From the NCBI GenBank assembly GCA_019057865.1, contig JAHLWP010000013.1, forward strand, positions 26,181 through 90,180: a stretch of 64,000 nt of DNA, read 5' to 3'. This document shows positions 31,707 through 40,786 of the stretch, in pieces (position 1 is the first letter of the stretch; every line of letters begins with the position of its first letter). Both the position numbers and the translations under genes were made by a program. Under the pieces are notes generated by a model. It was not told the origin of the DNA. It was given only the letters and a program-made list of their open reading frames with translations, and did not search any database. The DNA comes from Promethearchaeota archaeon. Its GTDB lineage: Archaea; Asgardarchaeota; Lokiarchaeia; Sigyniarchaeales; SOKP01.

Positions 31707-32441
31707 ATGAACTTGGAAGAAAATGAAAGATTGGCAGAATTAATAGGTATTATATTAGGTGATGGAAATTTATTTGATAATGGTAGACATTATGTTTTAG
31801 GAATTTCCTTGAATTACGTTAGAGACGCGGAATATGTTAATTATGTAAGAGATTTAATTAAAAATGTTTTTAATATTGATCCTAAATTAAATTATAGGAA
31901 ACAAAGTCATCAAGTAGAGATTAGAGTATTCAGAAAAGAAGTAGTTTTTGCTTTGGTTTCTAAGGGATTAAAAACAGGAGATAAAATTAGAAATCAAATA
32001 GGTGTTCCGGAGTGGATATTAAATAATAGAACATATGTCCTCGCTTGTCTTAGAGGGTTAATAGATACTGACGGCTCAATTTTTCTTAATAAACATAATA
32101 AGATAATTGGAATAAATTTTAAAAATACCTCCATTCCTCTCATTACTGATTTCAAGATAATGTGTCAAAAACTAGGTATTAAAACTTCTGTAATTACACG
32201 TAATGAAAAATTGCGGAAAGGATATAAAATTTCAATCCAATCTAAAAATGAAGTTGCTAAATTTCTTTATACACTTAAACCTAAAAGATGGATTCATCAC
32301 TTTAGAGATCTCATAAATATATTAAATAAATATGAAATTATATTTGAAGACCTTTTTAAGTATAAGAGAGAAAAATGTTTACGTTTTTACCCTAAAAAGT
32401 TAATTCATGAAATAAAAGAAGCATTTCCCCAATTTTTTTAA
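31707..32441 (+). CDS. Free-standing double-motif LAGLIDADG homing endonuclease
   Basis: LAELIGIILGDG and LRGLIDTDGS motifs; no intein splicing ends. Confidence 0.9.
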   Translation: MNLEENERLAELIGIILGDGNLFDNGRHYVLGISLNYVRDAEYVNYVRDLIKNVFNIDPKLNYRKQSHQVEIRVFRKEVVFALVSKGLKTGDKIRNQIGVPEWILNNRTYVLACLRGLIDTDGSIFLNKHNKIIGINFKNTSIPLITDFKIMCQKLGIKTSVITRNEKLRKGYKISIQSKNEVAKFLYTLKPKRWIHHFRDLINILNKYEIIFEDLFKYKREKCLRFYPKKLIHEIKEAFPQFF

Positions 32442-32447
32442 AATTTT

Positions 32448-32537
32448 TAGATTATTTCGCGTAATAAAGCAAATAGCTAATGAAGTTACGTCAGCAGGAT
32501 ACCGAGATGGCGCCAGATCGAGGCCGGCAGAGGGGAC
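32448..32537 (+). repeat. Degenerate direct repeat of the tRNA-Tyr intron + 3' half (copy of 31477-31565)
   Basis: Manual alignment: 13 mismatches and 1 gap over 90 nt; last 22 nt identical (gatcgaggccggcagaggggac). Confidence 0.92.
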
Positions 32538-32584
32538 TATTTTTTTATATTTCTTAAAATATAATAAAAAAAATAATTTTTGAT

Positions 32585-34558
32585 TTATCTTTCTAGTTTA
32601 TTTAATTTTTTGAATATTAGTAGTGTTAGTGTTATAACACTTATTATTACTATAATTGGCATAAAGAATCCAGAAATGATTTTTTCTTTATCTTCACCAT
32701 TGACAATCTGAATTTGGCTCTCTATATAATAAATATCTGGTGATTCTAATTGAACAATAACACTAGATGTATAAAGTAATCTTGCTTTGCTTGGTGTAAT
32801 AGTTGTTGGAATAGAAATTAATGTTGTACTGTTTATCCACACTATTTCGCTATATATTATAGAATCTGATTTATCATAGATATTAAGACGTATTTGTTGA
32901 GAATATCCATAATTATTCAACGGTTCATTCAGATCATTAATAGTAATTTCTAAGATATTTTCAGAAGCATTGTATACACATGATAAAAAGTTATATTTCG
33001 GAAGATAAGGATTGTCAAACCATGGAAAAAAGAACCAATCTAAAGACATTCCATAGATATCCTCCATAGCTTGTTGAAGATCTGATAATAATGCTATTTT
33101 ATATATTTTCTGTTCAAAGAAGAGTCGTAATCCAGAAATAAAATTTGAATTACCAATAGTAATACGTAATTTCTCAAGGATCAAAGGAGCTTTATAATAT
33201 GCTGTAAAAACATAATTGTCTTCATTAACAGCTTCATATACAGAAGCATTTATTCTTGAAGGTAATCCTTCAGAAGCATAATAATTTCTTACTTCATCGA
33301 TATATGGTATATATTGAAAATACAGACCATCCCCATAATATATTTCACCATAATAAATTACAGTCCAACAAGCCAAACCTTCATCTAAAAAGCCCCAATC
33401 AACTTCATCATTCCCAATTAAGTTATACCACCATTGATGAGCGGTTTCATGTGCTATAATATACTCCAGCCAATAGAGGGGATTATACCAAGAATCAACA
33501 TCCTCTGCTATATAAACTTGACATGGATATTCCATCCCCCCATATTCTGTGTATTCCTCTACAATATTGAATGTGGGATAGGGATATACACCAAAAGTGT
33601 CATTAAATAGAGTTAAAGATTTAATCCCATAATTTAATGCATTTATTTCCCAATTAACCTGAGATTTTGGCAAATAATAAGTTGATAAATTTACTCCATT
33701 TACTAAAGTAGATTCTACTAAAAACCACTTTGATGCTGAAAATGTTACTTCTCTTACAGGATAAGATGGATCAAAATGATAAAAGATGTTCACTCCTTTA
33801 TTAAATTTTTCTTCTAATTTGCCGGTTGCAGCGATTACAAAATCATTTGGCGCTTCAATAAAGAAATTATAGTATGCCATATCATAATAAAATGGATCTC
33901 CAATGTGTAAATATGGATCTGTATTCCAACCATCAAATGAATCATAAACACATGGCATAGGATAAAAACCAGCAAATTTATAGATTCGAGATTCATCATA
34001 ATCATCACCGTGAGAATTTGATCTGTCAATACCCCCATCTGGAATAGTTGAATTAAAAGATATAACAAATTGAACACGTTGAGAAGAGTTGAGAATAGTA
34101 TCTAAATAAACCCACATCGTTTGATTTGCTGGATAAACATCATAAACGAGAGCAATATTAGGATTATCTAATTTAGTTACATTTAATATTTCAACTTTAC
34201 CAAGTCTAGTGATATAACTCATACCTGATAAATAAATATGGAAGGGAAGTTTTGTAAAATTAACGGGATCATTGTTATAAAAGTCAACTGTCAAGTTTCC
34301 TTCGACGCTCGAAGTAGAATTATCGAATATTATGGAAAGATTATAATGAGAGAGATCCCCTCCATTACTTGACTCTTTTGGAAAATTCTTAAGGTTTTCC
34401 AAATTTTTATTAGGAGAAATGGATGATTCTTGAGAAGATTTATATAAATTTGAGAGAGATCCAATTTGAGAAAATCCAAAAATACAAGAATAGAATACAA
34501 TCCCTATAATAAGCATACAATATGTTTTTTTCATGAATTTCACTAAACATAATACCAT
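32585..34558 (-). CDS. Secreted, membrane-anchored M1 family metallopeptidase
   Basis: GGMEY, HETAHQWW...DEG, AYYKA; signal-like N-terminus; C-terminal IISGF-TM-basic tail (Loki-CTERM-like). Confidence 0.9.
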   Translation of the reverse strand: MVLCLVKFMKKTYCMLIIGIVFYSCIFGFSQIGSLSNLYKSSQESSISPNKNLENLKNFPKESSNGGDLSHYNLSIIFDNSTSSVEGNLTVDFYNNDPVNFTKLPFHIYLSGMSYITRLGKVEILNVTKLDNPNIALVYDVYPANQTMWVYLDTILNSSQRVQFVISFNSTIPDGGIDRSNSHGDDYDESRIYKFAGFYPMPCVYDSFDGWNTDPYLHIGDPFYYDMAYYNFFIEAPNDFVIAATGKLEEKFNKGVNIFYHFDPSYPVREVTFSASKWFLVESTLVNGVNLSTYYLPKSQVNWEINALNYGIKSLTLFNDTFGVYPYPTFNIVEEYTEYGGMEYPCQVYIAEDVDSWYNPLYWLEYIIAHETAHQWWYNLIGNDEVDWGFLDEGLACWTVIYYGEIYYGDGLYFQYIPYIDEVRNYYASEGLPSRINASVYEAVNEDNYVFTAYYKAPLILEKLRITIGNSNFISGLRLFFEQKIYKIALLSDLQQAMEDIYGMSLDWFFFPWFDNPYLPKYNFLSCVYNASENILEITINDLNEPLNNYGYSQQIRLNIYDKSDSIIYSEIVWINSTTLISIPTTITPSKARLLYTSSVIVQLESPDIYYIESQIQIVNGEDKEKIISGFFMPIIVIISVITLTLLIFKKLNKLER

Positions 34559-34881
34559 TCAAGTCAGTCTTCTATATTTCATTTTTACTTAAATATTTTT
34601 GCTTTAGATATTAATTATTGTCTTATAATTCTAACACTTGAATTGCTAAGCATTTGATTAATGATTTTAAAGAGACTTTAACTGATAGAGAAAAAATTGA
34701 ACAGTAAAATATTAAAAATAAAAGTAATACATAAATTTTCAAACTTTAGGAATGACTTTTTTTTATAATAGACTTCAAAAAATTATTATTTTAGTTGATA
34801 TTATTTTTTACTAAAGATAAAGCATAAAAAACAAAACTGGAGTAAATTCCATTTAAATCAAAATAAGGAGAGAAATATACA

Positions 34882-35310
34882 ATGGATAACAATAATAAAG
34901 ATCTTGATCAACACGAATTAGAAAAGATACGCTTAAGGAAATTGAAGGCTTTAATGGAAGCTAAGAAGAAACAAGAAGTTGTCCAAGAAAAAATTATCTC
35001 AATCTCAGAAAAAGTAGATTTTGTATTAAAACTTGTTCTGACTCCCGATGCTTATTCTTATTTAAATAATCTAAAAAATAAGGAACCTCATATTTATCAT
35101 AATGTTTATAATGAATTAATAAGTCCAGATGTAATACAAAATATCGATTACTTATTAGCTATAATTAGGAAGAGAGGTGGTGTTCCGAGAAAGATTCCTG
35201 TTGATGCGATAATATATTTAGAACGTAAAGTAAAGGGGATAAAAGGTAAGATTCAAGTTAAACGAGGAGATGATCTTATGGATTTAAGTTCATTTCTAAG
35301 TAAAGAGTAA
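34882..35310 (+). CDS. PDCD5-like DNA-binding protein (divergent)
   Basis: ELEKIRLRKLKALM...LTPDAYSYL pattern. Confidence 0.6.
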   Translation: MDNNNKDLDQHELEKIRLRKLKALMEAKKKQEVVQEKIISISEKVDFVLKLVLTPDAYSYLNNLKNKEPHIYHNVYNELISPDVIQNIDYLLAIIRKRGGVPRKIPVDAIIYLERKVKGIKGKIQVKRGDDLMDLSSFLSKE

Positions 35311-35344
35311 TAGGTTAAATTTTTAAAAGAATATTGGGAGCATT

Positions 35345-35641
35345 ATGAAGAGGAAAAAAAAAGAAGAATTAAATTATGTTTATGGTGGGTTAGAGGAGTT
35401 CGATGATTTTCAAGAAATAAGAGAAAGAGAACTCTATGAGGTAAAAAATATCTTAAATAATTTTATAAAACAACAGAATGTAATAAACTCAACAGAAACA
35501 TTTGAAAATCTTAAGGTAATAACTGATTTTCTAAAAAATGATCTAAATATGCTCCAAAATTTAAACTCCGCAATTGTTACTTTAACAAAACAAGTTGAAA
35601 ACATTAAAAAAAAAATGCAGAAAATCTTTTTGCTACCTTAA
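35345..35641 (+). CDS. Hypothetical coiled-coil protein
   Basis: 98-aa ORF with a GGGAG SD, co-oriented with the previous gene. Confidence 0.55.
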   Translation: MKRKKKEELNYVYGGLEEFDDFQEIRERELYEVKNILNNFIKQQNVINSTETFENLKVITDFLKNDLNMLQNLNSAIVTLTKQVENIKKKMQKIFLLP

Positions 35642-35658
35642 AATCAATTTAATATTAT

Positions 35659-36213
35659 TTATTGCTCCCTTCCTGAAATCACTGCTACTACTTCCCATTC
35701 ACCATTAGGGAGGGGATTTGCGTTAATATCAAAAAATTGAAAGGCAAAAGGACGTTCAAATATTTGTTCAACCATAAAACCAAACGAACTTATGGTAAAA
35801 ATAAAAATTCTCTTTAGAATAGAATCTGTACTGACCTCAATCTTCAATTCCTTTGTGACATCTTCAATAACTTCAATCTCTTTATTGTTATAGTGATATG
35901 AAAAAACTAATTTGAAATCTACTGCTGTTGGTGCTTCAGGATCTGAGAATGATAATCCTCTCTTTCGAAAATGAAAGAATGTATTTAAGTAGAAAGTAAA
36001 AATTTCTTCATAATGATCTTTTAAAAGGTGAGAGATACGTGACCGTTCTTTATATAATGGCCAATAATTTTTCATTAATTCCAAAAGCCTAGGGTAGTTC
36101 TTATATTTATTTTCGCTCTCTTTCTTTAAATAATTAAGCAACTGGTTTTTTAATGGCTTAAATTCAGACTGTTCACCGACTCGCGTTATAAATTTTCGAA
36201 AGTTGACACTCAT
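35659..36213 (-). CDS. Hypothetical protein
   Basis: 184-aa ORF with normal composition. Confidence 0.65.
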   Translation of the reverse strand: MSVNFRKFITRVGEQSEFKPLKNQLLNYLKKESENKYKNYPRLLELMKNYWPLYKERSRISHLLKDHYEEIFTFYLNTFFHFRKRGLSFSDPEAPTAVDFKLVFSYHYNNKEIEVIEDVTKELKIEVSTDSILKRIFIFTISSFGFMVEQIFERPFAFQFFDINANPLPNGEWEVVAVISGREQ

Positions 36214-36503
36214 GCTTTTTTGCTATAGAATAATTTTGAATGAACTATTTACATTTAAATATATTTTTCTTTATGATATTCTGATAATATAAATGGTACA
36301 CTAAATTCAAATATCTTGATATATCGCTAAGACGACAAAAATCTTTCATAAGTTCGATTTTTTATTATAATTATTATAAAATTCAGAGTTTATAAACGTT
36401 TTTTTTATCTTTATGCCTATTTTTTCAAAATTTATTATTTAACAAAGATTATTTTTATAAAATTATTTTCAAAGAATTAATTGAAAGTACAATTTTAAAC
36501 ATC

Positions 36504-37694
36504 ATGATTAAAGTCGGTCTCATATATACTGATGAATATCAAAAATACAACTTTGGAAAAGAACACCCATTAAGACCTTTAAGACTTAAATTAACATATG
36601 GTCTTATGGAGAAGTTACACCTGTTAGATAATCCAATATTAGAAAAATTTTCTCCTCGTTTAGCAACTAAAGAAGAATTAGAAAGAGTTCACTCATCTGA
36701 ATATATCGAAATTGTTAAAAAATTAAGTAAAAATCCTAATGAAAGTACAATTCAACCTTATATCTATGGTTTAGGGCCAGGAGATAACCCCATTTTTAAA
36801 GGAATGTATGAAGCTTCAGCATTAATATGTGGAGCCAGTATTAGAGCAGCAGACAAAGTATGGAATGACGAAAATTTTACTATTGCCTTTAATCCCGCAG
36901 GTGGATTGCATCACGCTCAAAAAAGTAAGGCATCAGGGTTTTGTATTTTTAATGATATTGCTGTAGCTATACACTATTTAAAAACTTTAAAAAAGGATAT
37001 AAGAATCGCTTATCTTGATATAGATTGTCACCACGGAGATGGTGTTCAATGGTTATTTTATGATGATCCAAATGTTCTAACTGTATCATATCACCAAAGC
37101 GGAAAATATTTATTTCCAGGAAGTGGAGATGTAAATGAAATAGGTGAGGAAAAAGGAAAAGGATATTCATTAAATTTCCCCTTACTACCAGATACTAGCA
37201 ATAAAATGTTTATGAAATTATTTCGAAGGACTATTCCTAAGATTCTAGAAGCTTATTCTCCGGATATATTATTTACACAACTTGGTGTAGATACTTATTT
37301 TAATGACCCACTAACTCAAATGGGTTTTTCCATTTCTATCTATAGGGATATTGCTCAAACTATAAAAACTTGTTCAAGAAATTATTGCCAAAATAAGTGG
37401 GTCGCTTTAGGTGGAGGAGGATATTTATTAACCGTTGTACCACGGGCTTGGACATTGTTTTTAGCGAAGATGCTCGATATAGATTTAGAAAATAAGTTAC
37501 CAGATAGCTGGATAAAGGAAATTAAAGAACAAGTTCCCTATGAAGATACTCCATATCTATTATGGGATCGAAATGATAAAACTGAACTCTTGCTACTAAA
37601 ATATCCTGAATTAGCGAAAAAAATGTTAGATTATAACAATTCTCTAATCAAAATTTGTGAAGAAAAATACTTACCAAGTTTAACTAAAACTTGA
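36504..37694 (+). CDS. Histone deacetylase superfamily protein (AcuC-like)
   Basis: HPLRPLR, GGLHHA, SGFCIFND, DIDCHHGDG, GVD..DPL, GGGGY. Confidence 0.93.
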   Translation: MIKVGLIYTDEYQKYNFGKEHPLRPLRLKLTYGLMEKLHLLDNPILEKFSPRLATKEELERVHSSEYIEIVKKLSKNPNESTIQPYIYGLGPGDNPIFKGMYEASALICGASIRAADKVWNDENFTIAFNPAGGLHHAQKSKASGFCIFNDIAVAIHYLKTLKKDIRIAYLDIDCHHGDGVQWLFYDDPNVLTVSYHQSGKYLFPGSGDVNEIGEEKGKGYSLNFPLLPDTSNKMFMKLFRRTIPKILEAYSPDILFTQLGVDTYFNDPLTQMGFSISIYRDIAQTIKTCSRNYCQNKWVALGGGGYLLTVVPRAWTLFLAKMLDIDLENKLPDSWIKEIKEQVPYEDTPYLLWDRNDKTELLLLKYPELAKKMLDYNNSLIKICEEKYLPSLTKT

Positions 37695-37755
37695 ATCTAG
37701 AAAATTGATAATGTTAATAAAAAAAAGAAAAAGTAAGTTAAATATTAAAAATAAT

Positions 37756-38055
37756 TTATTCTTCCATCTTTTCTGCTATTTTTAGCTTTATCTTGTCCCA
37801 AGCTTTATCAATTGCTTTTTCTACTGCTTTATCAGCTAATTTTTCTACTATTTTATTTTCGAGTTGTGGTTCTAATCTTTCCATAACTGCTCCATGAATT
37901 CTTTCTTTAATCTCTGATTCGACGGCTTCTCCTAATGATTCTTCTTCAAGAATCTTAGCAATTACTTCTTCAATTATTCCAGGAATTTTATTAACTAATT
38001 CAGGATCTAATTTTCCTACTTTTGGAGCTTTTGGAATTTTTGGTTTAAAACCCAT
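37756..38055 (-). CDS. Small helical hypothetical protein
   Basis: 99-aa ORF with GGTGA SD. Confidence 0.65.
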   Translation of the reverse strand: MGFKPKIPKAPKVGKLDPELVNKIPGIIEEVIAKILEEESLGEAVESEIKERIHGAVMERLEPQLENKIVEKLADKAVEKAIDKAWDKIKLKIAEKMEE

Positions 38056-38225
38056 TTATATTCACCATTATATTTTTATTAATTTTTAACGATGTTGTTA
38101 AAACATATAATAAAATTCATTATATTAATGATTATCTTAAATTTCTGTAAAAAAGTAACTTGAAAACAAAGAAAATTTTATATTTTAATATTTATTTAAT
38201 CCTTTCTGATAAATCTATGGCTTAA

Positions 38226-38942
38226 TTAAATATATTGCAAGTTATTCTTCTTTAAAAACCATGTATCAATAAGAAATGTTTGAGTTAAATCTTTATTCAG
38301 GTTATTTTGAGATCTTATGATTGACTTTGGAACCCATATTTCAGTATCATCATTAAAATTGATAAGTAAGGCATTTTTAGTCTCCGCTTCAATATTACCT
38401 TCTATTTGACTAGTTTCAATAATTTTTGAATTTTTCTTGTTTGAAATATCAGAATTTGCTTCGATTTCAGTAGCATTATTTATTACCTTATTCATTTCAA
38501 TCTTTTTTGATTTGTCCTTCTTTACAACAGAAATTCTAGAGGAAGTGGCATATTCTATTTTCTCTTTTAAAATATGTTTTAACAACAATCTAAATATCTC
38601 AATTTGTGCAAAATTCAGCATCTTGGAATAATTTCCAATATTTATCCATACTTTTTCTTCTTTTCCTTCCTCCCATTGAAACGATATTTGAGTTTTAACA
38701 TTATTAAAATCATGAAAACTGGACCAAGATTTGATTTTTCGTTTTAAAACCTGCAATATCATTATAATTTCGTCTAGATTACATTTAACTGTTTTACCTT
38801 CCGATTTTGAGGGTCTTTCCCATGTTCCATCCCCTTTTTTCTTAATACATTTCAAGAAGATAAAAGGCTCTGTTTTTGATGTACTCTGGATTGTTAATCC
38901 AGTAGATTGACCAAAAAAAATTTGGTTATGCGTATCAGTCAT
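38226..38942 (-). CDS. Hypothetical protein, possibly ssDNA-binding (PC4/Whirly-like N-terminus; 'ETKNALL..WVPKS' C-terminal domain)
   Basis: Likely start MTDTH. Fold assignment is inferred from the beta-beta-beta-alpha pattern only. Confidence 0.5.
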   Translation of the reverse strand: MTDTHNQIFFGQSTGLTIQSTSKTEPFIFLKCIKKKGDGTWERPSKSEGKTVKCNLDEIIMILQVLKRKIKSWSSFHDFNNVKTQISFQWEEGKEEKVWINIGNYSKMLNFAQIEIFRLLLKHILKEKIEYATSSRISVVKKDKSKKIEMNKVINNATEIEANSDISNKKNSKIIETSQIEGNIEAETKNALLINFNDDTEIWVPKSIIRSQNNLNKDLTQTFLIDTWFLKKNNLQYI

Positions 38943-39142
38943 GATTCTCACAATTATTTTATCATTAATTATTTTTAAGAACACACAGTTTGTTGATTTT
39001 TAATATTTTTAACATAGATATTTTAAAAATATTTAAAGAAAAATTTGATGTCATAATCTAGTAATTCAAATTACTATCTATTTTTATTAACGACACCATA
39101 GTATTTTTATACAATACAAATCTAATATGACGAAAGGGCAAA

Positions 39143-40033
39143 TTGAATAAATCTCTTCTATTTGAAAGCTCTAGTTCTGAATCCTGGCAGCATAAAGCAA
39201 TTAAATATTTATTATATAAAACTATTTCAGAAGAAGATAAGAATGTAAGAGAAAAATCTCTTGAAAAGTATTTCAACAATAGAAGAGCAGATATATATTT
39301 TAAGCTTCATTCTGGACAAGAAATCGTAATAGAAGTTCAAAATTCTAATATATCGGTAAAAGAAATCATTAAAAGAACTGAAGATTATAATAAAAAGGGG
39401 ATTTATGTATTATGGATATTACATGGTAAAGGAAATTGTGTAGCCTCACCAAAGGTTCCTAAAGATGATAAAAAAGTTAGAATTAGTACTGCTGAATCTT
39501 TTTTACACAAAATATATGGTGGGAGAGTGTATTATGTTAACCTTAACTCTTCAAGACAAAAATTAATAATTTCTACTCCGTTTGCTCTACATTTCTCATA
39601 TTCCTCAAACAAGAAATATCGAAGAATGTTTCGTGCAAAATATGATAGCTATTTTATTCGAAATGCAAATTTTTGTCTAATTCCAAGTTGGAGTCTCTTA
39701 TGTGTAAAATACAACGGTTTCAAAATAGCAAGGTTTTATGATAAAAGCATTAAAAGTGTTTTAAAAAATTCAATTTTTAATTTTGTTATAAAAAAGACGA
39801 AAAAAAACTGTAATAATTGTAGAATATCATTTAAGAAGCAGAGAAGTTGTTCAATAAATCAAGATTGTAATTTTAAATCATATAATAATAAGAAGTTAAT
39901 AAAAATAATTATTAAATGCTTCACTAAGAAATATGGAAAATATTTTATTTTAGAATCGATATTAGATTTAATCAAAGAAAGAAAAATAGATTTTAACAAA
40001 AATTATATTGTTAAAAAACTAAAACGAGTATAA
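39143..40033 (+). CDS. CoiA-like PD-(D/E)xK nuclease
   Basis: H..K, E....RRADI, IEVQNS, RT..Y...GIYVLWI. Confidence 0.75.
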   Translation: MNKSLLFESSSSESWQHKAIKYLLYKTISEEDKNVREKSLEKYFNNRRADIYFKLHSGQEIVIEVQNSNISVKEIIKRTEDYNKKGIYVLWILHGKGNCVASPKVPKDDKKVRISTAESFLHKIYGGRVYYVNLNSSRQKLIISTPFALHFSYSSNKKYRRMFRAKYDSYFIRNANFCLIPSWSLLCVKYNGFKIARFYDKSIKSVLKNSIFNFVIKKTKKNCNNCRISFKKQRSCSINQDCNFKSYNNKKLIKIIIKCFTKKYGKYFILESILDLIKERKIDFNKNYIVKKLKRV

Positions 40034-40166
40034 TTATTTATATTTTCATTGAAAGAAGTCCTAAAATTTAATTATCTTGAGTTAAATGTAAATTGAATTT
40101 AAAATTTCAGTTTAAATATAGATATCTTTTTTTGTCATTTTTTTCAAGTGAAAAAAAAGGAAATTC

Positions 40167-40173
40167 TTAAATA
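40167..40173 (+). promoter_or_regulatory. Putative TATA box with A-rich upstream element for the ncRNA candidate
   Basis: gaaaaaaaaggaaattcTTAAATA, about 25-30 nt upstream of the structured region. Confidence 0.4.
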
Positions 40174-40202
40174 CTAGCTAAGTACATATTTTATATGTAA
40201 GA

Positions 40203-40374
40203 ACACATAAAGATCGGAATGCCATGATAGCAAAATATATTCTTATACCTAATGCCGAGAAATCGGTAAAATACCTCAACCCTTAACCCTGTTATTAGAT
40301 AAATACAGTCTCCTCTTTTTAAAATTTTTATTGTATCATGGATTCCGGTTTTTACCTACTTCTTTATTTTGTGT
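40203..40374 (+). ncRNA. Putative structured non-coding RNA
   Basis: 23-bp closing stem 40209-40233/40331-40353, GAAA-capped hairpin 40254-40267, CU-rich single-stranded parts. Confidence 0.6.
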
Positions 40375-40475
40375 ATCGCATAAAAACTTATTATAGGTTT
40401 CTCTATTGAAATATTAATATTAAAAAATAAAGAAATTATTTTAAGTGATAAATAAATATTAAATAATGGTTTATT

Positions 40476-40667
40476 ATGATTCCAAAATCTTTAATTGAGA
40501 AGTTAGTACAAAAAGAAGTATACATTTATGTAAGAAATCAAAGTCGAGAATTTGCTGGGATAATTCAATCTATTACTGATGAGGAAGTTATAGTACTCGA
40601 GAATAAGTATAATAATCTAGTTTATATTCCAATATCTGAAGTCGATGTAATCACTGAAAGAAGATAA
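40476..40667 (+). CDS. Sm/LSm-like small protein
   Basis: 63 aa; helix + 'KEVYIYVR...FAGII.SI...IVLE...LVYIPISEV.VI' Sm-fold pattern. Confidence 0.65.
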   Translation: MIPKSLIEKLVQKEVYIYVRNQSREFAGIIQSITDEEVIVLENKYNNLVYIPISEVDVITERR

Positions 40668-40786
40668 CTATAAATAATCTGTTAATTGATTGAGTTATTT
40701 TCGATTTAACTTAAATCAATTAATTCTAATCTTAATTTTAAAGAAAGATAGATTGATTATTTTTGAAATTAATTTTTAATAATTGG

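Noticed and set aside
31707-32441. LAGLIDADG as part of an intein or tRNA intron
   Set aside because: No Cys/Ser start or His-Asn end and no host protein. The upstream tRNA is complete with CCA before the ORF.
32448-32537. Functional split-tRNA 3' half
   Set aside because: The T-stem has an A-C mismatch, CCA is changed to CTA, and there is no room for a promoter. Decay is more likely, though not excluded.
40277-40290. Telomerase-template-like CAACCCTTAACCCT
   Set aside because: Too short, with no reverse transcriptase in the window. Kept only as a CU-rich loop of the ncRNA candidate.
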